A stretch of DNA of 57,058 nt from a virus (Duplodnaviria; Caudoviricetes). A program made the position numbers and the translations under genes. The stretch is from IMG/VR virus record IMGVR_UViG_3300032236_000596, positions 1-57,058 of that record; one strand, 5' to 3'. The notes below the pieces were generated by a model. The model made no database searches. It was given only the letters and a program-made list of their open reading frames with translations, and was not told where the DNA came from. Of the stretch, positions 25,064 through 34,307 are shown one piece after another. Position 1 is the first letter of the stretch. The number at the start of each line of letters is the position of its first letter.

Positions 25064-27042
25064 TTGGCCTCACCCCAGCGGTCTACAATCTTTACGTCAG
25101 CAATTAGTGGCACTTTCAGCACCTGAATCTCCTCCATGGCTTGACGCAACTTCTCTGCGGTCTCGTCGGCTATTTCTGCTGGAGTGGTCAGCACCAGTTC
25201 GTCGTGAACTGTAAGGATTATCTTACTACCTTCTGGGAGCATCTTATGCGCACGCACCATAGCTATTTTAATAATGTCGGCGGCGCTTCCCTGAATCTTA
25301 GTGTTAAAGGCTTGACGCTCTGCGCCTGCGCGCAGCCCGTTGTCGCGCGACATAATCTCAGGTAGGTAACGGCGACGACCAGTCAGGGTCTTTACGAATG
25401 CTACGGGCTTACCCTGACGAGTAGCGCCAATCACTTTGGCGCGGTACTTCGAGATGGAACTGAACTCGGCAGCAAAGCGGTCGAGCAGGTCTCGGGCCTC
25501 AGTCTTGGTACAGCCAATCTGGCTTGCAATCTTGTCTGGGCCAACGCCGTACGCCATCGCGAGTACGAGTACCTTACCGGCCTTACGGTTGACGCCCATG
25601 GTGTCACCGACAGTAGTATAGATGTCCTTGCCGTTTAGGTAGTTGTCCATCATAATCGGGTCTTCCGAGAACGAGGCAATAACCCGAGGCTCAATCTGCG
25701 AGTAGTCGGCAACAACCAGCTTGTGCCCTGGCGGGGCTACGAATAGGTTACGGATGGCCTTGCCATGTGGCGTGTGTGGCGCTGGGACGTTCTGCAGGTT
25801 TGGGTTACGGCTTGAGAAGCGGCCGGTCTCTGCACCAATCTGGATAAAGTCTCCGTGGATTTTACCGTTGATAAGGATGCTTTCCTTGGTCTCGGTCTTA
25901 GTCTTTCCACCGACAGTCTTTTCTACGTCACCGCCAAGGTATGGGATTACGTAAGTAGACAGCAACTTGTTGTAGTCGGCGTACTGGAGCAGTGCGGTAA
26001 CTAGCGGGTCCTTGTCGCGGTAAGGCTCTAGGGCCTCGGCTGAGACCGAGTAGTCAGACAACGCCAGCTCCTCGTCTTCCTTGTCCTTTTGGTTACCCTT
26101 TGGGGTAAGGACCTTAGCCTTTAGGCCGCGGCCTCCCTCAGACTTAGGGCCGTACAGAAGCATCTGCTTCTCTTGGTTGGAGTTGATGTTGAACTCACGA
26201 CCAGCGGCTACGTAAATCTGGGCCTTGGTCTCTTCAACCTTTGCCTCTAGGTCTACCTTGAGTTCCTTGAGCGCCTCCATGTCGATGTCTGCTCCTGTAA
26301 GTTTCATGTCGCACAGAACACCGAGGACATCCATCTCCAGCGACATAACGCGGTTGAGGTCAGCGGCCTCTAGCTTTGGCACTAGCGACTTCCAAAGCAG
26401 GAACGTGTACTTAGAGTCTAGGTATGCGTACTTGGCTACAGTGTTGAAGTCATACGCCTCAACCTCTTTACCAACTCCCTTGGCCATCTCGTAACCGAAC
26501 TCTCGCTTGAGGCAGTCAGCCAGACCGCACTTGTTCTTGTTTCGGTTGTCTGAGATGAACGAGGCGACCATGGTGTCGAAGTACGGGGCCGATGGAACTC
26601 GACCGCCGTAGTACTTGGCAATCGAGGTGAGGTCGAACGCGAGGTTGTGTCCGATAGTGAGGATGTTTGGATTAAACATCAATGGCTCCAGCGCCTTAAA
26701 TACCTCGGCAGGGAATAGCTGCTCTGGGGCTGGGCCGAATATCTTGGTGGCTTTCTTGGCGTCACGGCTGTAGTCGCTAGGGCGTAGTGGCAGTCCCTTT
26801 TGCTTGCGTACTTCGCCCTGACCAGTCAGCGGGAAAACTTCTTCGATGAAGTCGCCGTGTGGGTGGCCCATAGGGATTACGTCACAGCGGCCGTGGGTGG
26901 CGAGGGTAATCCAGAGGACTTCGTTAACCGGGGTCAATCCACGGAACGGGCCTACAGTTTCAACGTCGTAGGCAAACGCGTCTTGAGTGAGGTAGAACTC
27001 TACCATCTCGGAAAGTTGTTTCGATGTAGTGATGATATTCAT
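25060..27042 (-). CDS. polA: Family A DNA polymerase with 3'-5' exonuclease
   Basis: DVET, HN..FD, TGRFSS.NPNLQN, DYSQIEPR, QGSAAD and VHDE. Confidence 0.95.
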   Translation of the reverse strand: MNIITTSKQLSEMVEFYLTQDAFAYDVETVGPFRGLTPVNEVLWITLATHGRCDVIPMGHPHGDFIEEVFPLTGQGEVRKQKGLPLRPSDYSRDAKKATKIFGPAPEQLFPAEVFKALEPLMFNPNILTIGHNLAFDLTSIAKYYGGRVPSAPYFDTMVASFISDNRNKNKCGLADCLKREFGYEMAKGVGKEVEAYDFNTVAKYAYLDSKYTFLLWKSLVPKLEAADLNRVMSLEMDVLGVLCDMKLTGADIDMEALKELKVDLEAKVEETKAQIYVAAGREFNINSNQEKQMLLYGPKSEGGRGLKAKVLTPKGNQKDKEDEELALSDYSVSAEALEPYRDKDPLVTALLQYADYNKLLSTYVIPYLGGDVEKTVGGKTKTETKESILINGKIHGDFIQIGAETGRFSSRNPNLQNVPAPHTPHGKAIRNLFVAPPGHKLVVADYSQIEPRVIASFSEDPIMMDNYLNGKDIYTTVGDTMGVNRKAGKVLVLAMAYGVGPDKIASQIGCTKTEARDLLDRFAAEFSSISKYRAKVIGATRQGKPVAFVKTLTGRRRYLPEIMSRDNGLRAGAERQAFNTKIQGSAADIIKIAMVRAHKMLPEGSKIILTVHDELVLTTPAEIADETAEKLRQAMEEIQVLKVPLIADVKIVDRWGEAK

Positions 27043-27105
27043 TTTGGCATTCTGGCATTAGTGCGAAAGGCGGGGGATTGCTCCCCCGCCAGTCACTTGG
27101 TTGAC

Positions 27106-27765
27106 TTAGAGCAGGTCTTCGGCAATCTCGTCAAGTTCAGCAAGCGAGTGCTCCTTGATGAGGTTGCGCGAGTAGACGTCCGAAGACGATACTACAGATG
27201 CCGCCTTGTCGGCGTCAATCTTCCAGTCGTCCTGGAGGTCGCGCTCCTTGATTGCCTGCACGGTGTACATGGTCTGTGGACCCTTACCGAGACGGACAAT
27301 CGACCAGTAGCCGTTAGTCAAAGGGCCCTGTGGTGAGTAGTGTGCTGCGTGCAGGGCCTGGTAAAGACGTGCACCAGAAATCAACATCTGACGCTGCATT
27401 CCCTGCTCACCGTTAAGGGTGACAACAGTAAAGGCGCGCTTGTTTTCTGGGCGGTCACCGAGCTTGATGCACAGTGGGCAGTCTGCTCCGATGCAGACAT
27501 ACGAGCGCTTACCGCTGGTCTTCTGCTTTAGGAAGTGCTGCTTGTAGATGGCGAATGGGCCATTCTGGTCTAGGAACTTGAAGACCAGGTGCTTTCCCTC
27601 TTCGAACTTTACCTCAGTAGGGAAGTCCGTGTTAGCGGTGAAAGTGTCCGCCGCATCCCAGCCTGAAAGGACTGAGGTTGACGAAGCAGTGGTCTGCTCT
27701 GGGCGGTCGTCAATGTCGTCGGCAACGTAGCTGGCGGCATCTGGGGCATTTTGCTGAATTGGCAT
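27106..27765 (-). CDS. Single-stranded DNA-binding protein (probable)
   Basis: Next to the polymerase; H...C...CPLC zinc motif; acidic termini. Confidence 0.6.
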   Translation of the reverse strand: MPIQQNAPDAASYVADDIDDRPEQTTASSTSVLSGWDAADTFTANTDFPTEVKFEEGKHLVFKFLDQNGPFAIYKQHFLKQKTSGKRSYVCIGADCPLCIKLGDRPENKRAFTVVTLNGEQGMQRQMLISGARLYQALHAAHYSPQGPLTNGYWSIVRLGKGPQTMYTVQAIKERDLQDDWKIDADKAASVVSSSDVYSRNLIKEHSLAELDEIAEDLL

Positions 27766-27772
27766 GTTTTCC

Positions 27773-28237
27773 TTAATTGTCTATTTGCATTTCTTCTGCG
27801 CGGATTGTTTCCCACGCCTCGGCTATCTCTTTAGTGAGGTTCCGGTGTGTAGTCCATTCTACACGGTCTACATCCGAAAGTCTATACCTAGAAAAAATAT
27901 CTACTAGGGCCTCGACCATCGCCTTACTATAAAGACGCCTACCAGCATACACCTGACCGTTTACACCAGTGGTATCTGGCATTCGGTACGGTGATGCTGG
28001 AAGCTTTCCTTGCTCAATCCAAGCTCGTAGGGTCTTGGTCGAGCGGTTTAACGCTTTAGCTACAGAGCCTAGCGTGTACATCTGAACTTGTCTACCATTT
28101 GGTAGAACTTTTGTAAAGAAGCCTGACTCCCATGAGGTGTCCTTTGGCTTAGGCTCTGGGGCTTCTTTACGCTTACGGCGGCTACCTGGATAGTACTTAT
28201 CCAGTTCTGCGAAGGTCTCTTCGAAGAAGTCGCTCAA
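27773..28237 (-). CDS. MerR-like HTH DNA-binding protein
   Basis: YTLGSVAKALNRSTKTLRAWIEQGKLP...RRLYS. Confidence 0.75.
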   Translation of the reverse strand: MSDFFEETFAELDKYYPGSRRKRKEAPEPKPKDTSWESGFFTKVLPNGRQVQMYTLGSVAKALNRSTKTLRAWIEQGKLPASPYRMPDTTGVNGQVYAGRRLYSKAMVEALVDIFSRYRLSDVDRVEWTTHRNLTKEIAEAWETIRAEEMQIDN

Positions 28238-28389
28238 TTAAAACTCATTCCATTGTTGTGCTTAGGCATATTATCTTTACCACACTTTGTGCAGGTAAGC
28301 AACTGGATGCCTGTTACTGGGCAACTAGCGCCCTTGATTACTTCGTGTCCTCTCAGGGCACACCACTTAGCCTTGAGCCAAGGCTTCAC
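28234..28389 (-). CDS. Mini-gene (51 aa, Cys/His)
   Basis: GTG start inside the junction repeat; C...GH...C...CTKCG. Confidence 0.6.
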   Translation of the reverse strand: MKPWLKAKWCALRGHEVIKGASCPVTGIQLLTCTKCGKDNMPKHNNGMSFN

Positions 28390-28535
28390 TTGTCCTCTCC
28401 CTTAAGCACACGAAAATTGTGTTCGTGGATTTGTGCGACCTCTGCCAGTGTTCTTAGCATTTTTCGGTGTTCACGCAGGGTCAGCGTAATAGTGATAATT
28501 GAGCCTGCTAGAAGCCCAAACCATAACCAGTTCAC
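28386..28535 (-). CDS. Mini-gene (49 aa, N-terminal hydrophobic, ends KGEDK)
   Basis: Bounded by junction repeats. Confidence 0.6.
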   Translation of the reverse strand: MNWLWFGLLAGSIITITLTLREHRKMLRTLAEVAQIHEHNFRVLKGEDK

Positions 28536-28765
28536 TTGTTCTCTCCCTTGATAAGTTCGATAGCGTGTTCAAATCCTGCTTGGTAAGCACGAGAACCATC
28601 CGCTTCTGGGCAGGTTTCATCGTGAACGTGGTATTCAATAGGAACAGGTTTCCATTGCCTAGGCTTTGTAAGCATTGACCAAGCAAGTTTGAAGCCCCAC
28701 TCACGCCAGTTGTATATAAACAAACTGACTTTTCCTGTTGGCACTGTGTAGTTATTTTCGCTCAC
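28532..28765 (-). CDS. Mini-gene (77 aa, ends IKGENK)
   Basis: Bounded by junction repeats. Confidence 0.65.
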   Translation of the reverse strand: MSENNYTVPTGKVSLFIYNWREWGFKLAWSMLTKPRQWKPVPIEYHVHDETCPEADGSRAYQAGFEHAIELIKGENK

Positions 28766-28932
28766 TTGTTCTCTCCCTTGCTGCGGTCAATAGTTTTCTC
28801 AGTTCCGCTGTCAGTGCCGATGTAGTTTTTACCCGACATTTGCTGAGTTTTGGTTTGCGTGCCAAACTTCATAGTTTCCTCGGCGTAGGTCATTGGTTGC
28901 CAAAGACGCTTCCACCAACGAATAAGCCTCAC
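28762..28932 (-). CDS. Mini-gene (56 aa, ends KGENK)
   Basis: Bounded by junction repeats. Confidence 0.6.
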   Translation of the reverse strand: MRLIRWWKRLWQPMTYAEETMKFGTQTKTQQMSGKNYIGTDSGTEKTIDRSKGENK

Positions 28933-29138
28933 TTGTTTTCTCCCTTGATAAGAGCGATGGCAACGTTAAGAGCATCTACCTTTATGGCTGTATTTTCAGC
29001 CCATGACTCACTGGGAGTGTTTGCCATCTGCAGTACGTGGTCAATTAGCAGATTTCTAATGCGGTCACGCTCGGCTAAGGTAGCCTCACGCTTAATCTCT
29101 TCAATACGACGTAGGTAATCGTCAAACCCCGTGGTCAT
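28929..29138 (-). CDS. Mini-gene (69 aa, ends IKGENK)
   Basis: Ends in a junction repeat. Confidence 0.65.
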   Translation of the reverse strand: MTTGFDDYLRRIEEIKREATLAERDRIRNLLIDHVLQMANTPSESWAENTAIKVDALNVAIALIKGENK

Positions 29139-29397
29139 CCTTTGCCTCCAGGCTGTGAATGTATTGGGCCAGGCTCTTAATCTTTTCGTGGCGGTAGCCT
29201 GACCACTTTTTAATGTCTGTTACTACGATTGGTGCAGCCAGCAAACCTTCTTGCTTAAACTGCTCGGTCAACTCTGGGTGTTCCCGCAAGTCTACCTGAG
29301 TGTATTCAATGCCTAGTCTGTCCAACTCGCGTTTCGTCTGGTTGCACTGCACGCATGCAGGGCCAATGTGGTGGACGGTTACTGGGACTTTAGGCAT
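29122..29397 (-). CDS. nrdH: NrdH-like glutaredoxin
   Basis: CVQC, AAPIVV and WSGYR. Confidence 0.88.
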   Translation of the reverse strand: MPKVPVTVHHIGPACVQCNQTKRELDRLGIEYTQVDLREHPELTEQFKQEGLLAAPIVVTDIKKWSGYRHEKIKSLAQYIHSLEAKDDHGV

Positions 29398-29445
29398 GGA
29401 ATTCTCCTTGGTAGACTTGCGGGGTACTCAGTGTACCAAAGAGAT

Positions 29446-29700
29446 TTAGCTAGTTCGCCGAGACGAACTCAACTCCAGTGTGATACGGCTGACGAAAGTG
29501 CTTATTCCTAGAATCTGTGCTGACACAGACAAGGCAAGCAACTGATTACCTTGACGGTCGTGCTCTTCCATGTCTGCCTGCAACTTAGCCATAAGTTCTT
29601 TAGCAACTGATGAGACCATCTCAAGACCATCTGCGCGTCCCTGCTTGTAGGAGTAGAGGTCAGTAACGCCCTCTGCGTGAAGTTCTGCCATCTTGCTCAT
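29446..29700 (-). CDS. Hypothetical protein
   Basis: TAATG-coupled ORF. Confidence 0.65.
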   Translation of the reverse strand: MSKMAELHAEGVTDLYSYKQGRADGLEMVSSVAKELMAKLQADMEEHDRQGNQLLALSVSAQILGISTFVSRITLELSSSRRTS

Positions 29701-30134
29701 TACTTCTTCTCCAATACGAGTGCCCAAGTAACCTTCTCAGGAAACATCTGCTCGATGTCTGAGTCAGTCAACTTGCCCTCATAGTAGGCGCCCATTACTG
29801 CGTCTTCATCGAGAACAGTAATGGTCTTGAGGCACGCCTCAGCGAGGCCGCGGTCTGCGAGGATTTTGTTTGCAGTGTCTTCATCAAACTGCTTGGATAC
29901 ACGGCGCTGCTTTACAACTGCAGTGGTGCCGGTGCGCTCGTCTCCCACAGGTAGCACAAGGCTGCCCTTTTCGTTTGGGGTGCCGAGGTCTTCGGCGTAC
30001 GAGATGAGTCGCTTCTTGATAGTAGTGACTCGGTCATTGATTGACTCCGCCTCGTCTTTCAGCGTGACATACTGCTGAACTTCTCGGCGGATGTTGTCCA
30101 GATTCTGGTCTGGCTCGTCCTTGATAACTGGCAT
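29700..30134 (-). CDS. Hypothetical protein
   Basis: 144-aa ORF with SD. Confidence 0.75.
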   Translation of the reverse strand: MPVIKDEPDQNLDNIRREVQQYVTLKDEAESINDRVTTIKKRLISYAEDLGTPNEKGSLVLPVGDERTGTTAVVKQRRVSKQFDEDTANKILADRGLAEACLKTITVLDEDAVMGAYYEGKLTDSDIEQMFPEKVTWALVLEKK

Positions 30135-30198
30135 GTATTCCTAAATTAGACTAAACCCTCTTGAGGGTTGCTAACGATTAGCAATACACACAGTAAGC

Positions 30199-30363
30199 CT
30201 ATTCGGCTACGTTGTCAAGTTTCTCGGCAACAAACTTTTCTAGGGCGTCTAGGATGACGCTAGTTACGGTTACACCCAGCGAGGCGGCCTTGGCCTGGGT
30301 GGCGGTCCACAGCTCGTCAGATACTCGAACGGTTCTGGTTGGGGTCTTAGGCGCATTTGGCAT
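30199..30363 (-). CDS. Ribbon-helix-helix DNA-binding protein
   Basis: TRTVRVSDELW...AASLGVTVTSVILDAL. Confidence 0.7.
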   Translation of the reverse strand: MPNAPKTPTRTVRVSDELWTATQAKAASLGVTVTSVILDALEKFVAEKLDNVAE

Positions 30364-30435
30364 GTCCCAATTATAGCAAAAACCCAAGGCGCATCATCGG
30401 TGTACCTTGGGCTTTGCTCTATGGTATCAGGTTAC

Positions 30436-30972
30436 CTACTTGATGTCAATTACCTTAGGCTTCTTTTCCTCAGGCAATTCCTTCTGGAAGGTAACAGTCA
30501 GAAGGCCGTTATTTAGAGCCGCCCCGTTTACCCGCCAATACTCGGCAATAGCCAAGCGGAGGGTGAAATCACGGGCTGCGATTCCCTGGTAGACTACCTC
30601 GCCCTCGGGCTTGTTCTTCTTGCCCTTTTTGCCGGTAATTACTAGGACGCCGTCCTCAACGGTGACGTGCAGCTCCTGCTTAAAGAAGCCGGCCACGGCC
30701 ACGTTAAGCAAGTTGGTCTCCTCGTCAATCTTGACGATATCGTAAGGAGGATAGGCAGGCTTCTCGGCAGTAATCTGCTTGAGGCTGTCTAGGATTGGGG
30801 ACCAGCCAATGGTCATGCGTCCCAGGTGAGGGAACACATCAAAGATGGTGATTGGCTTTGGTTTTACGGTTTCCCACTGGTGCTTCTTCTCCAGAGGAGG
30901 GCTCCAGGGCTCTTCGTGGGGACGGTTTGGGTAGTAGTCGCTGCTGCTGAAATCAGGATGTGATTTTGACAT
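30436..30972 (-). CDS. Hsp20 / alpha-crystallin small heat-shock protein
   Basis: YPPYDI, AVAGF, YQGIAARDF and NGLLTV. Confidence 0.92.
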   Translation of the reverse strand: MSKSHPDFSSSDYYPNRPHEEPWSPPLEKKHQWETVKPKPITIFDVFPHLGRMTIGWSPILDSLKQITAEKPAYPPYDIVKIDEETNLLNVAVAGFFKQELHVTVEDGVLVITGKKGKKNKPEGEVVYQGIAARDFTLRLAIAEYWRVNGAALNNGLLTVTFQKELPEEKKPKVIDIK

Positions 30973-31116
30973 GTTATCTCTTTCGACGATAACTGTGCCC
31001 TAGGCATCCCTGCCCGAAGCACAGGTTAATTTATTTGCACCCAATTGGCGTGCAGTAGAAGTATAGCAAAAATGCAAAAACCCCGCCATATAGACGGGGC
31101 TCTTGGCTTTAGATGA

Positions 31117-31497
31117 CTAGCTGAGGTTAGCCTTGAGGTCCTGAAGGCTTGCGATAACTGCGTCGATTGCCGAAGCAGCGTCGAAGTCGGTTGAGTCGTC
31201 AACAGTGTACCAGTCAGCGTCTACTGAGTCGTCAGCTACGGTGTCGTCAGCAACTGGTGCGTCGTCAACAGCTGGGGCAGCGTCAACTACTGGGGCAGCA
31301 TCAGCAACAGGTGCTGGAGCAGCGTCAGCGGTAACAGCAGCTGCAACTGGGTCAGCGGCTGGAGCGGCAACAGGCGCAGTAGCGTCTGCTGCTGGGGCTA
31401 CGGTTGCATCTACCACTGGGGCAGCAACAGAAGCGTCGGTAGCAACAGGTGCAGGAGCTGCAGCGGGTGCGTCTGGGGTTACAGTCTCGTCAGACAT
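31117..31497 (-). CDS. Low-complexity acidic Ala/Pro/Asp protein
   Basis: Repetitive APVADA composition; followed by a terminator at about 31076-31100. Confidence 0.7.
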   Translation of the reverse strand: MSDETVTPDAPAAAPAPVATDASVAAPVVDATVAPAADATAPVAAPAADPVAAAVTADAAPAPVADAAPVVDAAPAVDDAPVADDTVADDSVDADWYTVDDSTDFDAASAIDAVIASLQDLKANLS

Positions 31498-31709
31498 GTT
31501 TATTCCTAACGTTAGGGGGGATAATAAAACAATAGCAGGCGAGGGACTTATCTGGAAGACATAACGCAAATTAGTCGGATTGTAAATACAAACCAGGTAA
31601 GCTCCCCGCCCGCTAACGTCAAACGAAGAATTCGATATTAAGTTATATTGTTTTCTCTGCGTCTCAGAGGCTTATATTTCACCACGACGCAGGAGCACTT
31701 GTCAAGTCC

Positions 31710-32141
31710 CTACTGGGTATTTTTTATGTGCTCGTTTAGTTCTTTGTGAAGCCTGTGAATCTTCTTAGTTAAGGCATGAGTCTTTCCGGCCAGATTAAGA
31801 ATCTGGTTGTTTACGCCAGAGTTCCTAGTCAGTTCATCGTACTCAATTTGGTAATCGCGCTCTGACTTTAGCTCAGCCATAGCCGCCTGACGGTTCTGCG
31901 CAATCATTACAAACGTTGACAGGAAGATGGCCTCTAGGCTCACCATCATTGTCAAGAAGTTGTAAGGGTAAGGGTCAAGCCCAAATAGACCTGTGGCTGT
32001 CCACACCGCAAAGATAACGATGTGTAGGTACACAAATGCCATTGAGCCAGCAAACGCCGTAATAACCTCGGCGATGCGGTCACTAATCGTGATGCCTTTA
32101 GTTTTCTTTTTTGTTGCTACGTCTGGGAGTTTGGTTTCCAT
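31710..32141 (-). CDS. DUF1003 membrane protein
   Basis: DPYPY.FL...SLEAIFLSTFVMIAQNRQ. Confidence 0.85.
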   Translation of the reverse strand: METKLPDVATKKKTKGITISDRIAEVITAFAGSMAFVYLHIVIFAVWTATGLFGLDPYPYNFLTMMVSLEAIFLSTFVMIAQNRQAAMAELKSERDYQIEYDELTRNSGVNNQILNLAGKTHALTKKIHRLHKELNEHIKNTQ

Positions 32142-32213
32142 ATGCCTCCTAACGCAAATAGAAAACCCGGAGAGCAGTTTTATGCTGCATCTCCGGGCTC
32201 TTGTCTATTTAGT

Positions 32214-32753
32214 TTACAGTGTTTGTACTAAACGCACAAACTTAACGCTGCTTCCTTTAAACGAAGGGTCGTTGAGCGAAATAATTTGTGTAGTGGTTCC
32301 CTTTTGGAAACCAGAGTGAATCACTTTTCCGTTACCAATGTAGATAGCGGCGTGGTAGTAAGACGTGGACTTACCATAAGCCCATACCACGATATCCCCA
32401 GGCACAGGGTCTTTTACACCCTTGTTGAGGTGTCCCAGCTTATTCGCTGAATGCGGGACATTGATTCCTAGTTGTTCGTATGCCCACATGACGAGACCAC
32501 TACAGTCCCACCCTGCGGGAGTGTCGCCTGAGAACACGTACCAGGTTTTGCCGATACGGTGTCTTAGTTGACGGATTACAGTCTGGACCTTCTGACCCTC
32601 AGCCATAAGGCTGATTTTGGTCATCATGTCAGGCTGCGCAGGTTCCACAACCTGCTTAACGGCTACTGCACTAGCCTTCTGGACAGTCCCAATACTTGCG
32701 GAACATCCTGTCATTACCAGTGCTATAGCACCAATTGCAATGAGCTTTTTCAT
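32214..32753 (-). CDS. NlpC/P60 peptidoglycan hydrolase with lipoprotein-like signal
   Basis: WDCSGLV, GDIVVW and HAAIYIG; MTGC lipobox-like sequence. Confidence 0.9.
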   Translation of the reverse strand: MKKLIAIGAIALVMTGCSASIGTVQKASAVAVKQVVEPAQPDMMTKISLMAEGQKVQTVIRQLRHRIGKTWYVFSGDTPAGWDCSGLVMWAYEQLGINVPHSANKLGHLNKGVKDPVPGDIVVWAYGKSTSYYHAAIYIGNGKVIHSGFQKGTTTQIISLNDPSFKGSSVKFVRLVQTL

Positions 32754-32857
32754 TTAGCGACCTACCTTTCCTTGTTAGTTAGTACTCGGTCGTTTATTGT
32801 CAAAGTGACATTGTTACCAATATTCAGTTGTAAGAAAAACCTTACCACAGAATACAG

Positions 32858-32930
32858 TGCCCTCGGCTGGAATCGAACCAGCGACTAAGAGATTAGAAGG
32901 CTCCTACTCTATCCACTGAGTTACGAGGGC
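32858..32930 (-). tRNA. tRNA-Arg(UCU)
   Basis: GCCCTCG/CGAGGGC acceptor stem, anticodon loop CTTCTAA, GGTTCGATT T-arm; no encoded CCA. Confidence 0.92.
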
Positions 32931-33156
32931 GTCGTTACAGAAAGTAACGTAACACACCCGCCGGTGTATCGCAACTTTGTAGTTCACCCTGCTAAATCCG
33001 GCGTAATGACGGAGAATAGAGTAGTCCAAGAACTACTGTCGTACACGACTTTCCGCGCCTGCCCGCAAGGGCTCATACATATAACCGCCGCATAATCTGG
33101 GGACTCCAAACACTTAAACCTGTATTGCCGCATCCGCGGTAAGAAAGAAGGAACTC

Positions 33157-33738
33157 ATGGTGGCAATTACTGCTCACGATGCAATCCACAACTTCAAAAC
33201 CTTTGTAGGTAAGCAGCGCGAGGAACTGCCTTGGCTGAACGGTACCGTAAAGGGCTTCCCTAACCGTGTCCACGGCTTCTACGACTGTGCACTGGGCTAC
33301 TCGTACTTCTCGGGTCTCCGTCCAGTAATCGTCTCGTGCCACGTCCTCCGCGACTTCTGCATCCACAACAAGACCTGGACCACTGACCTCCACGAGGTTC
33401 TGCCTGGTGACTGCGTCATCTTTGACTGGGAGTCGAAGAAGGGCCTCGGCAAGAACACCAACACCGACCACGTCGGCATGGTTATCTCTGTTGACCTCAA
33501 GAAGAGCACCGTTACTTACGTATCGGCTGACTCGACTAACCCATGCCCTGGCCTGGTAACTGTAAACACCATCAGCACTCTTTGGATTGCTGGCTTTGGT
33601 CGTCCAGTCAAGTTCCTTGAGACCCCTACCGTTATCCCAGCGGCTCACCCTGACCAGCAGGCACAGCACAACGCGCCTGCTCCAGCAATTCCACCGCACG
33701 ACCTTCCAGCGGGCCCAGAGGCCCCTGTAGCCCTCTAA
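33157..33738 (+). CDS. CHAP/NlpC-like cysteine amidase (putative endolysin)
   Basis: YDCA, PGDCVIFDW and DHVGMV. Confidence 0.7.
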   Translation: MVAITAHDAIHNFKTFVGKQREELPWLNGTVKGFPNRVHGFYDCALGYSYFSGLRPVIVSCHVLRDFCIHNKTWTTDLHEVLPGDCVIFDWESKKGLGKNTNTDHVGMVISVDLKKSTVTYVSADSTNPCPGLVTVNTISTLWIAGFGRPVKFLETPTVIPAAHPDQQAQHNAPAPAIPPHDLPAGPEAPVAL

Positions 33739-33744
33739 GGAGAA

Positions 33745-34161
33745 ATGATGCTAAGCAAATTGAAAAATGTTCTAAAGCGTTCCGTAGGTATTCTTATCTC
33801 GTCGTTCATCCCTGGAATGGCCGCTGGTGCACCAACCGTCGGCTGGTTCCTCGGTGGCGTCACTGGTGTTCTCACCGTATTCTCGTCTGTCCTTATTTAC
33901 TTCGGCGTTCAGCTCGCTTGGGATGCAACCATTAGCGAGGCCGACATCGAAAAGGGCTTCCGCACTGCGGTTGCTAAGCAGGCAGAAAACAACAAGGATA
34001 TCAAGGCTGCTCTCGATGAGACTGAGGATGTTCCTGCCGCTCCTGTTGCAGAGGCTAAGGACTTTACCTTGACCACTCCTGCTGCCCCTGTAGTTGAGGC
34101 TCCAGCTGCTCCAGCACCTGCTGCTCCAGCTACTGGTCTTGCACCAGACCCATTTGCATAA
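33745..34161 (+). CDS. Putative holin / membrane protein
   Basis: Two hydrophobic segments; directly after the endolysin. Confidence 0.55.
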   Translation: MMLSKLKNVLKRSVGILISSFIPGMAAGAPTVGWFLGGVTGVLTVFSSVLIYFGVQLAWDATISEADIEKGFRTAVAKQAENNKDIKAALDETEDVPAAPVAEAKDFTLTTPAAPVVEAPAAPAPAAPATGLAPDPFA

Positions 34162-34178
34162 TTAGCAAATAAAATATT

Positions 34179-34215
34179 AAAAGCCCCATGCAGCTGAACG
34201 TTGCATGGGGCTTTT
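34179..34215. terminator. Bidirectional intrinsic terminator
   Basis: aaaa-gccccatgca...tgcatggggc-tttt between convergent units. Confidence 0.8.
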
Positions 34216-34225
34216 ATTATTTAAG

Positions 34226-34298
34226 CTGACCGAGCAGGGCTCGAACCTGCGACCTAGAAGTTAACAGCTTCCCGCTCTGCCATCTGAGCTATCGGTCA
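34226..34298 (-). tRNA. tRNA-Asn(GUU)
   Basis: TGACCGA/TCGGTCA acceptor stem, loop CTGTTAA, GGTTCGAG T-arm; no encoded CCA. Confidence 0.92.
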
Positions 34299-34307
34299 AT
34301 GTAACTA

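Larger units (their letters stand above)
28386..28946 (-). repeat. Four 18-bp gene-junction repeats AAGGGAGARRACAAGTGA
   Basis: Copies at 28386-28403, 28532-28549, 28762-28779 and 28929-28946. Confidence 0.9.

Noticed and set aside
28386-28946. 18-bp repeats as a mini-CRISPR array
   Set aside because: The intervals are 128-212 bp of intact coding sequence and the repeat itself is SD + stop + start.
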